Source of the DNA: the human T2T-CHM13v2.0 reference genome, Homo sapiens
Assembly: GCF_009914755.1 (NCBI RefSeq)
Contig: NC_060931.1
DNA length: 64,000 bases
Reading direction: 5' to 3' (one strand)
A program made the position numbers and the translations under genes. A model generated the notes under the pieces. That model saw nothing but the letters and a program-made list of their open reading frames with translations, was not told the origin of the DNA and made no database searches. This document shows positions 31,495 to 43,287 of this stretch, piece after piece (positions within the stretch are counted from its first letter, which is position 1; every line of letters starts with the position of its first letter).

Positions 31495-31720
31495 ACAGGC
31501 AGTATTGTGTACTGGTTAAGCACAAGGATTCTGAGCTAGAGGCTACTCCAGTTGAATCCTGGCTCTGATCTTAGATAAGTTATTTATCCTCCATGCCTCA
31601 GTTCTTCATCTCTAAAATGGGGATAATACCTCCTAGGGTCGTTTTAAGGGTTAAATAGGTTAATACATGAATTAGAACAATGCCTGGTACACACAAAGTG
31701 CTATTTACATATTAGCTGTT
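31495..31720. mobile_element. MIR
   Basis: gcctcagttcttcatctctaaaatggggataata core. Confidence 0.7.
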
Positions 31721-31760
31721 AATACATTCCAAGCATTGATCTAGGCCTTTTGTCAATTTA

Positions 31761-31950
31761 TAAGTAAACCAAGGCTCAGAGAGGTTTAAAAACTTGCTTA
31801 ATGAAGATAATCTATCTAGTAAGTAAGTAAACCAAGGCTCAGAGAGGTTTAAAAACTTGCTTAATTAAGATAATCTATCTAGTAAGTAAGTAAACCAAGG
31901 CTCAGAGAGGTTTAAAAACTTGCTTAATTAGGATAATCTATGTAGTAAGT
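31761..31950. repeat. Tandem triplication, 3 x 63 bp, of a MIR core fragment
   Basis: taagtaaaccaaggctcagagagg... starts at 31761, 31824 and 31887. Confidence 0.95.
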
Positions 31951-32714
31951 GGCTGAGATGGGAGTTGAATCTTCTCTGACTAAACTTGGCTTTTCTGTTT
32001 GCTAAGCCTGGCTTTTAACCCCTCTGCTGGATTTCTGAGGTATGGCAAATCACTTAACTATAAGTAGGTTGTAGGTTTTATATCTATCTACTCATCTGTC
32101 CATCGGTCTTATACTTTCTAATTTAGATATTTCATTATGTTTTCATTCCATTAATAAAATGCATTTCCTTAAAATATCTGTCTCTTAAGAATTATAAAAT
32201 ACACAGCATAAAAATAAAAAGTCTTAAAATAATGCTACTCAGATAATTAGATAAGTGCTTTAAAAATCCATGCTAACTACTAAATTGTGAAAAGCATAAA
32301 ATGTTATTCCAGGTGATATTTGATAATGGCAGTCAGCGTTTCCACACACTTGTAAGTTTTGTGTAAATGTAGGTAGTTATTATCAGGCATTTTGAGCTTA
32401 CTATTTTAAAACAATCATAACATTAATGTTCTAACCATTTGCACATCTTAATTATCAGGAAGAAATTATATCAAATTGTTACAACTTGTGGAAGGCTTCC
32501 CAATCTGTACCCTAGGTTAAGATAAAGAGAATTAAGGCCTAATAAATGAGATAGGCTCACTTAGCAACAGTGACAGGTGAAGTTGATGAGAATTAACAGC
32601 TTTTGACTGTAGCAGATTGGTGGTATAATGAGCTCTGCTTATGGTAAGGAAGCACTGATTAGACGACTGAGTGAAATGGTACTTTCTTATTTATTTTATA
32701 AAATTATTGGAGAT

Positions 32715-33030
32715 GGCTGGGCGAGGTGGCTCACGCCTGTAATCCCAACACTTTGAGAGGCTGAGGCGGGCGGATAACCTAAGGTTAGGAGTTCGAGATC
32801 AGCCTAGCCAATGTGGCGAAACCCCATTTCTACTAAAAATACAAAAATTAGCTGGGTGTGATGTTGCATGCCTGTAGTCCCAGCTACTCTATTCAGGAGG
32901 CTGAGGCAGGAGAATTGCTTGAACCCAGGAGGCAGAGGCTGCAGTGAGGCGAGATCACGCCACTGCACTCCAGCCTGAGCGACAGAGTGAGACTCCGCCA
33001 AAAATAAATAAAAATAAGTAAATAAGTAAA
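32715..33030 (+). mobile_element. AluS with 15-bp TSD
   Basis: TSD TAAAATTATTGGAGA at 32699-32713 and 33031-33045. Confidence 0.92.
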
Positions 33031-33979
33031 TAAAATTATTGGAGAGATCTGTTAAGTGATAATAGTAATCCTAGAATTTGTAGAATTTGTATTACGCACT
33101 TTTGATATTGTATTGAAAATTCAAAATCACATTTTATAGCATTGTCAACTTTATAATTTCTTTTGGAGAAACCTGTTCAGTGGAAAGGAAAGTAGCAAAA
33201 GCAAAACCAAACACCCCACTACTCCAGCAAAAGCATTCTAAACAGTTAGTACCTCATCTTCTTCAAAGTGGTGGTAATTTGGTAGTGGTGGAGGGTGGGG
33301 GTTGGAAATTGTCCAGCCATTCAGGTTGCTTACAAAAAAAGATAAAAAAAGTAAAAATTTATTTATGTTTCGTCTTTTGGCAAGGTAAATAATTGTATCA
33401 AGATGAAGTAGCCATTGTTAAAGTTTATTTAAAGTATAAGCTAGGATATGCTCAAGATTGAAACAATTGGCAATGGAGGAAAAAGATGGCTCAGGGTATG
33501 TGGCAATGTGACATTAAAGATTACATCAGATATAGTGTGTCTCAGTAATGACCATATGTCCTTTCCAGCTGATGTCTATTTTAGGACTTGGATAAATGAG
33601 TTGGAGGTCTTAGATATGCTATAAAGGACTGTTCTTGCATCACCTTTATTAGGTTTGTTTTCACATTAGTCAAATGTATTTCAAATGGACAAATGGATAA
33701 AATATGCATATGTACTATCAAATGAATGAATGTAATGACAAAATTGAGACAAAAATTTGGACGCTGATTCCTTTCAGGTTATGTGGCTTCTTTCATATCA
33801 TTGAGTACTAGGAAGAAGTATGGATATCTTGTGTCCTTTTCACTTACAGGAATAAAATAATTTATTTTTTCTCTTATTTAGAGTTTTAACCTAAAACCAA
33901 AATTTAGTTTTAACCTAATAATTAATACAGGAGGGAAATGGGAGTAAATAACAGTTATTTTCTGAGAGACATTTCTAAG

Positions 33980-34179
33980 GACGACTTTAAAAGACCAGGC
34001 AAAGGAGAGCAGAGCCCAGCCGTTGCCGCTTGAGAGAGATAAGCAGAAGTGTGGGTGTGCTTCATGTCACATGGCAGGAGGCTTCCCCAGAACGGTTCGT
34101 CAGTCCAGGGAGCCGTTTCATTTTCTGGCTGATAGAGTTGTACTTGGAAAATACTCAGTTTCCTGCTTACTGCTTCATT
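33980..34179 (+). promoter_or_regulatory. Candidate internal promoter / 5' leader of the MDYT exon
   Basis: Repeat-free, several CpGs in an AT-rich background, AGATAA GATA motif near 34037, ends in an ATG and a donor. Confidence 0.45.
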
Positions 34180-34192
34180 ATGGATTATACAG
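34180..34192 (+). CDS. ST7: Coding part of a second candidate ST7 alternative first exon (MDYT + 1 nt, phase 1)
   Basis: ATG GAT TAT ACA G|gtaaaa with a CAG|GT donor at 34193, at the end of a locally GC/CpG-enriched unique segment (~33980-34190). Same phase as the 39781 exon, so it would join exon 2 as MDYTVSMF. Confidence 0.62.
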
Positions 34193-37100
34193 GTAAAATT
34201 AAATGTTAAATATTTTCCAGTTATGTAGAATTACTTTAAAAATAATATTTTGAATTTATATTTTAAAAACTACATTGATTGTGTGAGTACTTTAAAAATA
34301 TTGTGCATCAGTTTATTCCTGAGTATTGTATGAATTTGTTTTATCCAAATTGTGATTAATTTAGGATAAGTGCTTAAGGGAATTTCTGAGACATACCTTT
34401 GTTGTTTCTTCCATTTCAGTTGGATCATACTTAAATGGACTTAAACTCCAACCCATAGTTAATCCACATTTCTCCCCTCTTAGGCCAGAGGATTTAAAGT
34501 ACAAACATCTGAGTTCAGATTATTCCACACAGGGAATAAAATATGTACACAGTCTACAGAGAGTTTCTGTTATTGTGGTGGTGGTTTTGTGCTTGTGTAT
34601 TGCTCTTTTAGATGGTGTTAATGTAATGAAGTGAATTGGAGAATTTCAGTTTTTATCCTAAATTTTCTGAGTATAAATGTGCCCAGATTTTTCTGACCTT
34701 TTCTGACCTTTCTAACCTTTTCCTTTTTTAAATTGCATAGACTTGTTTCTCAATCTCTAGTTTCACTGAATGGTAAATTGGTACATGTTTAGAAATAAGG
34801 TTAGATTAACCATGGGTGGTGGTTACTTGATGAGTAAGTGGGCGATTCCCTTACATCTGGTAGGGTAAAGGTGTGGGTGGGAGGTGAAGCAGTGATCAGG
34901 TAGGGACATGAGTCTTTGCCCAAAATTTGTGCACCCAATTCAGAATTATATTGCCCTAAATTTGAACTTTTGGGGAATGGCGACATTGTTTGCTGACAGA
35001 TTGCTTTTAAACTAAAGAACGAAGAATTGGAAAATTTTTTTTCTAGGGCAGAGAGAGGCCACTTTTCATACCCAGTGTAATATAAATTCCAGTGTGCATC
35101 CGGATTGAACTCTACTTACACAGTATCTATAAATTATAACTGTAGGTGGATCTTTGGCAAGACAGTTAATTACAGTGTGCAAATAAAAGTTTTGTGAAAT
35201 TGCTCATTTAAAATATAGCTTTTAGGAGCTTGCTATTTAAAGGACTTCTGTGGTAGATACTTTTTGAAGATAAAACATTTTAAAGCAATTAATTGCCCCA
35301 AAAGATTTGTTTTATAAATCTTTAGTATTCTATGTTAGGGTTTCTTTAAAGCAAGTATACCTGTATCTGTGTCTTGTGTGTGCATTTTGATTTTCTTTTC
35401 CTCATAAGATTAGCATGCCAGAATTTTTGTTCCAGGGCTCTGAAATAAAATGCACCCACCTTTTTAGAAGGTTCGCTTTATGTGTGGTACTACATTGAAG
35501 CAGGAAGGAACACATTTTAGCCATATGCAGAGAAATCAAATTTGTAAAATCCTACCACAGAACTTTACTATGAGTATGCTTTTAGTTATAAATTTGTACC
35601 TCCTCCCACAAAGAACACCATCATTGAAGAATTCTTTCATTTTCTATAGTTTGTATATTGCCATTAAAACATTTGTTGTTCTTAATACTTTATATATGTA
35701 TAATTGATAGTTTAAGATGTACAGCCTTAACATTCTAAATAGACATCAAGAGAATCCTAAGAAACTAAGAACTTTAGTGTGAACAAAGGAGGTGACTTTA
35801 AGGAAATTCACATGACACTTTCAAATTTAGTTGTGTGTGCTGTAGAGAAAAAAATATGGTTTAAGTTCTTACCACATTAATAAATACATTAATTAAATTA
35901 CCTGTCTGATGTGGTGAGAAGCCCTTTTGAATGTTGTCTTTCATAGTGATTTTTATAAACATTTACACATTCATTGCAAAGATAGCTATATTTAATCTAT
36001 TAAACTTTGAAGAGAACAACTCATGTTTTCAGTTCATGGCAGAGTGATTTTTTTGTATTAGAAAAGAGCATTTATTTTGCTTTCAGCACAATCACTTTTG
36101 TACTAATGGCATCATTATAGCACTGAAGGGGATATCTTTCAAAACTGATATTTGATGATTCAAGAACAGATTTATTATTAAAATAATTTAAGGGGCCCAA
36201 AACACTTCTATTAAGGCCTTTGCATGAAACACTCTTCCTTCCACGTGGTTTTCAGGCTAACCATGTGGTTTTTTCAGGTCTTGTTGAAATGTCACCTTTT
36301 TAGAGTGGCCTTTCCTGATAATTTTACCTAAAATAACCTTCTCATGCAATTACTCCTTATCCTCTAATTCCTCTTTATCTTTGTTCATCACATATACCAT
36401 CACTTGACACGTCACGTGTTTGTTTCTCTGTCTCACTCACTAAGATACAAGCTTCATAGGGGAGGGACTCTGTTCATGGCTGATGCCTAGAGTGTAGAAC
36501 AGTAAGCTCCCAGAAAATAGTTGTTGAGTGAATGCTTGATAGGCTTTCCTTTAAAAGTGACTGTTGACTGACTTTAAGATTTTCGCTATAATTGTTCTTT
36601 GTCAATAGCATTCTCATTTAATGATTATTATTTTGACCACTAAACTACTTTGAATGTTTTCCTTCCTTTCGTTGCTAACTTTATCTAGAAATTAACAGCA
36701 CTGTCTTTACTGTGAAGGAAGGGCAAGGTTGCAGGCAGGGGTATTCAGACAGAGTGGTTAAGCCAAAGATCACTTTGGGTTTGGATTGTATTATATGACT
36801 TTTTTTTTGGAGGGGGGTTAGTAAGGGATATCAGATCAGTTTTATTCATCCTTCATTTTTCTTCATTACATTTTCTTTAGACAACATATTAAACTTTGTG
36901 TTCCTTCTCTGAGCTGACTAGAGGAGAGAACTGGAATGAACTAAACTTTTGGAATCATTTTGGTCAAAGATGGGTCTTCAACAATGTGGATCCAAACGTT
37001 CTAAAGTGGTTAGAAATGCCTCAGGCCTCCACATAACAGAAATCTTCATAGGAGTCAGAGGGTGTGATTTGTGTCCGGTTTTCCTGGCAAGTGAGATGCC

Positions 37101-37759
37101 TGATGTTTTTAGCATACTGATCCTGTTACAGTTGTCTAAAAAGTAGACTTAAAAAAATCACAGCCTTTAACTCTTAGAAGCCTGTGCCAAGAAGTAAATA
37201 TAGGCCCTCAGAAAAATGCATTTTCATACACATATACACACCCTCTCATGTATGAGCCAACAAAAGGAGCAACATAAATGAGTCGGCAAAGCAGTTATTA
37301 CATGTAGACCATGGCCTCTGTTTGAAAATATCTCTAACCCAGGGGCCATTTTCTCATTCTCTTTTCCCTCTTGCCTTTCTGACGGCCACATCCATCCACT
37401 ATTTGAGTGACTATTTATGTGACAACATCTCATATGCAATTTAAAATAGATCTTATGTAAGATAATATTCTGGCTTTAAGGTTCCACCCTTTTGAACTGT
37501 ATTATCCTTTCCCACTTCCTACAGTTACATTTCAACATCATTATTGATATTCCCCCTTGGTTGTCGATGTGACTGTTTTTGAAGGTATACATTTTTATTA
37601 ATTCCTGCAATTTTCTGTGATTTTTTTTCTTTCTCTGATGACCTTTCTCTTTTAACGATTTTTTTTCTTCATGTTTTGAGTTGGTTTCTATTTTCCCTTC
37701 ATTTCAGTTAAATCCTTAAATATAATTTTGCTGATTATTTATTCATTGTTCAAGAAAGA

Positions 37760-38000
37760 GGCATTATCGTAGTGTGCTTAAGAGCATTGCTTTGGATCCA
37801 GACTCCTGAGTTTGAAGCCCAGTATATCATTCACCACCTGTGTGACCTCGACAAAGTATTTAACCATCTGTCAAATGTGGATAAAAGTGGTATATACCTT
37901 GTAGGGTTATTATGAAGATTAAATGGGTTTATACATGTAAAGGACCCAGGATAGTGCCTGGCACATAGTAAACACTCAGTAAATATTAGCTATTGTTATT
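37760..38000. mobile_element. MIR
   Basis: gtagtgtgcttaagagc...gtgcctggcacatagtaaacactcagtaaatattagctatt. Confidence 0.72.
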
Positions 38001-39209
38001 CTTTCCCGCAACAGATGATTTGTTCTTTATCTTATTTAGCATCATCAAATGTTCTTCTTAATGGCTCAGCATTTTTAGTAAGCTAAAGATCAAGTTACCC
38101 TGAATAAACTGTGGTACATTCATACAGTGGAATCTTATGCAGTCTTTAAAAGGATGAGGTAGATCCTACATATACTGACCAGAAAAAGTACTAATGATAT
38201 TTTTAGATGTTAAAGTAATATGTGGTTCCACTTTCATAGCAGAATTTAATATTTAAAAACTGTATTGAGATCAAGACATGTCTTTGTGAACACAAGAAAT
38301 TAATTAGAAAAGGCATATACCTTGGATGAATGGGTGGAGAGGAGACTTGAACTATTGAACTTTCTACTATATATGATTTTAAAAGTTACGTATATATGTA
38401 TATATATTTACTTTTTGTGCATTTCAGTATTTTAAAAACATAACAAAACTCTTTTTTTGGCTTGTGTTGGATAGCTAATGAAAGTTCATATGCTTCTAGT
38501 ACTTTTTCTTTAAAAACAGATTTATAAGAATATGGTAACACAGGAAGACATTTTTTGTTCCAGTGAGTCAAGAGATAAAATATTTTCAATTATTTCTTTG
38601 TGTGGGTAGATCAAAAAGAAATGGGTTGGTCACAAATGCTTACTCATACAGAGGTATACACAGGTGTGTGCACACAGCCTTAAAATGACTGAGTTGCTCT
38701 GGAAAATGACAGAAATTCATGTAAGGCACGATGAAGAAATAGGAGAAATACATGTATGTAAATATATTCCTAGAGCAGCGTTTTTCACATTTGAACAATA
38801 GTTGCAAAATAGCTAGTAATGGAATTGCCTGCATTTGAGTACTCACTGTGTGCCAAGCAGTGTTCTAAGTACTTAAGATTACTATTTTACTGTTACATTT
38901 GTATGTATTTATGTGCCTAGAATATATGTGTAATAGTATACATATTTTCACATACTTGTGATTGAGTGTACAATCCTTGATCTGTCAATCTACCATAAGC
39001 TTTGAGAAGATAACAATGAACTCTTCTGTAATTACTTCTAAAGACAGATAATGTTTCTCATTTCTGATATTCTTAATTCCCTTGAAAAGTTCTTTCTATA
39101 TGCTGCGCAAAACCAAGAAGACTGATATGCATGATGTCTTTGTGGTTAATTGCTATAAAGCCAATATTTAAATTTCTTTGAGTCCTCTTTTACTGCCTGG
39201 TATCATGGG

Positions 39210-39384
39210 ATGAAGAGCTGCGCAGGAGGGGAGTGTATACGTGGCTCTCGGTCTTGTGCATTTTGTGACAAAGGAATTCCCCTTTCAATCACGCTGCTCT
39301 CCTGGAGCCCCTGGAGCCTCTGGCTCAAGCAGCGCAGTCGGTCTGTGCAGTGTCCCTGACGTCATCCAGCGTATGCATAAGCCC
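39210..39384 (+). promoter_or_regulatory. Internal promoter region of the MFGTESS exon, with a full CRE and an NF-kB site
   Basis: Local GC/CpG rise. TGACGTCA at 39357-39364, GGAATTCCCC (reverse complement GGGGAATTCC) at 39273-39282, TACGTG at 39238-39243. Confidence 0.6.
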
Positions 39385-39493
39385 TGCTATTGTCTTACTG
39401 CTACAGCAGGGCTGGGGATTGCAGTATCCGCTGTTGCTGCTGCTCCCAGTCCTGCCCCTGCTGCTACCTAGTCCAGCCTCACCGCATCCCAGA
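39385..39493 (+). ncRNA. MIR6132: pre-miR-6132 hairpin; mature AGCAGGGCUGGGGAUUGCA at 39405-39423
   Basis: Sequence matches the recalled hsa-miR-6132 mature and precursor. The 5' arm GCAGGGCTGGG pairs with the 3' arm CCCAGTCCTGC with one G-U. Confidence 0.88.
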
Positions 39494-39780
39494 AGAGGCA
39501 CGTCGGCCTTCATTTGCCTAGTGGATTTTCAAAAGCAGCTCTTCGGTTTTTGGTGCTGTTAAGAGACCTTGCATTTCAATCACACGGGAGAAAACTGAAG
39601 CTCGTAACAGGAGAATCTGGCAGCTGGACACAGCTTGGACTGCATTGTCTGGCTTCATGACCCCTGCTGTGTAGCCGGCTCATCTCTTCACTCTCACATG
39701 TACACTCTCCTCGCTTTTCTTTCTTTTTTTTTTCCCTTTTCTTTCTTCTAATTTTTAAAAAGCAGCCTCTGGAGCCAGCC

Positions 39781-39802
39781 ATGTTTGGCACTGAATCTTC
39801 AT
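39781..39802 (+). CDS. ST7: Coding part of ST7 alternative first exon (MFGTESS + 1 nt, phase 1)
   Basis: gccagccATG TTT GGC ACT GAA TCT TCA T|gtaagt: good Kozak context and a GTAAGT donor at 39803. T plus the recalled ST7 exon 2 start (TGAGCATG) gives L-S-M-F, matching the recalled isoform N-terminus MFGTESSLSMFLNT. Confidence 0.85.
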
Positions 39803-41542
39803 GTAAGTAAATGGATCCCACTTCTCTGCTATTTAGAAATCTGCTTGCTGTCATGGTTTCATTGGCTTAGAGTTCATATCACTTTGCCTTAGGTCATTAA
39901 CAACCTTTGTATTTTGGCTCTGATTACAAAGGAATTGGTCTCAGGGAAGGAACTCCCCTTAACTGGGTTATTCATCCTTAAGGCCAGGGATGTCAATGTG
40001 TCAAAACCAGGCCTGTAAGAGGGAGGTAGGAAAACCAGAATCCATACAGCCACCCTAGAATGTGTTAATTGATGGGATCAGGCCTGTCACTGATCTATTG
40101 TTGTAGGCTCCGTAATGGTGCTTAAACCTTAAAATAGATACTGGGAGGATCTGAGATGATAGTGTTTATTAGAAAGGAAAGAAAGGCTTACATTTTTTCA
40201 TCTAAAGAGATAAATAGTTATCATTATATACTCTTCCATATTTTCACAAAAACATAGACATTATAGGTAGATTCAGAATGAATAAGAAATCGCTTTATTT
40301 TTGAGGATGGATTTTTTTTTTTCCCACAGTGGCTTCAATTTTGATATGCTGGCTAGCATCACAGTCCAGCAGGATCATATCTTTTTAAAAACTTATACAA
40401 TGAAATTGCTTTGGTGCAGAGAAGGCCCTGCACAATGGGCTAGGCAGGACAGCAGTTGTAGACAGCTACAATGGATATTTTAAAAATTACAACCAAACTA
40501 TGTGAGGATTATTTAATGTTGATATAGAAATATAACGTCAATGCAGTTGTACAGGCTCTGCAGAATATTTTGTCATTGTCTATTAGCAAAAATGACAGTT
40601 AAGAATTTCTAAGAGATAAGAATTTCTAAAGAGACTTTCAACCTGCTGGCTAGAGCATTAAATATTGGCAAGCCACTATCTTTGCTAGGGAGAAGGGGTT
40701 TAGGGGAGGAATTTAGGAAACTGATTTCTTACGAACTTGTAATTTGACCTTTGTTTTTTGATCTCAGGTGATCAGTGTGACTGTTTGTGCATAGCTGATT
40801 ATTACAGAATAGTAGCATTTCGAGAGAGCTAATAATCCTCAGTTCTTTTGTTTCTTGATTGGCTTTTTAAAAAGGTTAATTACTTTTGTTTCACTGTAGA
40901 AGCTTCTCATCTCAGACTACCACATTGCCTAATCAAAGTTGTGTTAGAATAATAGTGACAGGTAATGTCCCATTCAGCATGTGACAGTATTATTTCCTAA
41001 TAATTTAGGCATAATTTTTTAATTCACTTAATGGTACATTTAGAATTGGTTATCTAAGAAATAGAAATAAATCACTAAGTGTCAAAGACCATCCAGTTTC
41101 ATTTCAGTCATGGAATTTTGTTTATGCAGGAGCCTAGGTATGGACAGAAATAATTATATACTAAAGGAAAATTAGACCTGTTACTTGGTTTAGCCAAAAA
41201 TGGAAGTTAAAACTCAGTGCAGAAGTCTTGGTTCTTGGACTAGGGACTCTAACATTGTCTGCTCAGTGTTACCAAGCAGACACATAGCCTTTCCTGATCA
41301 TCAAACCTGATCTTTTGATAATATCACCTATGCGCTGTATGGTATGTGTGAAAACTGCTGGTTGCTTGTGCCCTCCATAGCTGCTAAATTACTGAAGAGA
41401 ATAGAATATCCTTCAGAAGACAGAATACTATCATACAGGTTTTTAGCATTTTTTGTCTTTCGTGAGTGTTAAGCTCTGTTTCTTGCTTATAGGTAGATTC
41501 GTACTGTCAGTGGATATCGTGTTGAAAATGAATTGCCTTCTT

Positions 41543-41625
41543 TGGCACGTGTATACCTATGTAACAAACCTGCACATTCTGCACATGTACCCCAGAACTT
41601 AAAGTATAATAATAATAATAAAAGA
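41543..41625 (+). mobile_element. Very short L1PA 3'-terminal stub
   Basis: tggcacgtgtatacctatgtaacaaacctgcacattctgcacatgtaccccagaacttaaagtataat plus an (AAT)n tail. Confidence 0.85.
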
Positions 41626-42948
41626 AGATACCCTAAGTCTGCATTCAGTGTTAGGACAAGTGTATTTTCTTTGTGTTCTGAGACATAGCTTTCTTGGCCT
41701 TTGATGTCAACCTTTTGGAGGCTATTTTTTAGGTTTGAAACTGTACTTAAAATATTCAGGAAAATAGTCACATTTGAAATTCCAATTAGTTCAAAAGGGA
41801 TCTCCCAAACCATCTAGGGTGTTCTTACTAAATTATCGTAAGAAATACTTGTTTAACTATCTATTCTGTATACAGTACTGTGGTAGATCCTGGTAAGGGT
41901 TAATTTTTTTCTAACTTATTCTGATTTCGTGATTCTTACCCTTGATTATGGTTGCAGTGCCTTACTTGTATAGGATGCTTTTACTTTTTAAATTGAGGTA
42001 TGATTTACATGCAGTAAAATGCTTAAGTCTAGGTGTGCAGCTCAGTGAATTTTTGCCCATGTTTATACCCATAGAACTCTACTCAGCTCAAAATACAGAA
42101 CATTTCCATTTCCCCTGGAAGTTCTCTTGTGGCCTTTCCCAGTCAATATTATTTCCCCTCTTCATGAAAAGGTAACCACTATTCTGACTTCTGATGCCAT
42201 AGATTCATGTTGTAAGTGGCTCTTTTAAACTTTCTTTATCTCCCCCTTGCTCTTTGCCTGTAAGAGAAGGAAATGTCTTCATTTTCAAATATTGTATTGA
42301 TTAAGTTGATTTTATGTTTCAGACCTTTGAGGTCAGAAATTTGCAGTAGCCTGGATATCACATTATAATACATTCTGTCTTACTGAAATAATATTGTTTT
42401 AAATACTTGCACCCTTCCTCACCAAAAAAAACAGACAAAAAAAGCCTTTAAAATACCAAAAAAATTATGTGGAAGAGTAAACGCTAGTTCTTCAAAGTTA
42501 AAGACTTACACAGCTATGGCAATAGAATTAATAAATGCTCTTTTATGCCTGACACTGCTTTCATCAATATCTCCAATGATACTAGTCTCATCTCTTTGAC
42601 TTAGTGAATCTGAATCTCCCACAGTTGTGCAGATTGGCCACAGTCAGTCTATTTTGGGCTCACTTTGAAATGGGTGTTCTATAGTATGTGTAGACTAATC
42701 ATCACAAAGCAGGAAGTATAGCTTCTGTAACTCCGTTTATTACCATCTTGATGTATTTCACTGAGCTTTTCCTTTACTAAAGTTTCCCATGTCTAAAAAT
42801 GGGAGTAGCGTGTCTGCTCTTTAACTGCTTTGAAGATATACAGTTTTAGTTTCTGTGGTCAGAATACTTTAGGTGTAAGAAGAAAGTACTATCAAGTTTT
42901 GTTGAGGAAGGTGATAATTAAAATGTATATTTGGAGTTCTTAATTTGA

Positions 42949-43287
<339 letters not shown>

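Noticed and set aside
39350-39562. 70-aa ORF with a leucine-rich, signal-peptide-like stretch
   Set aside because: Starts at a non-ATG codon; the hydrophobic run comes from CTG-rich hairpin sequence; no splice support.
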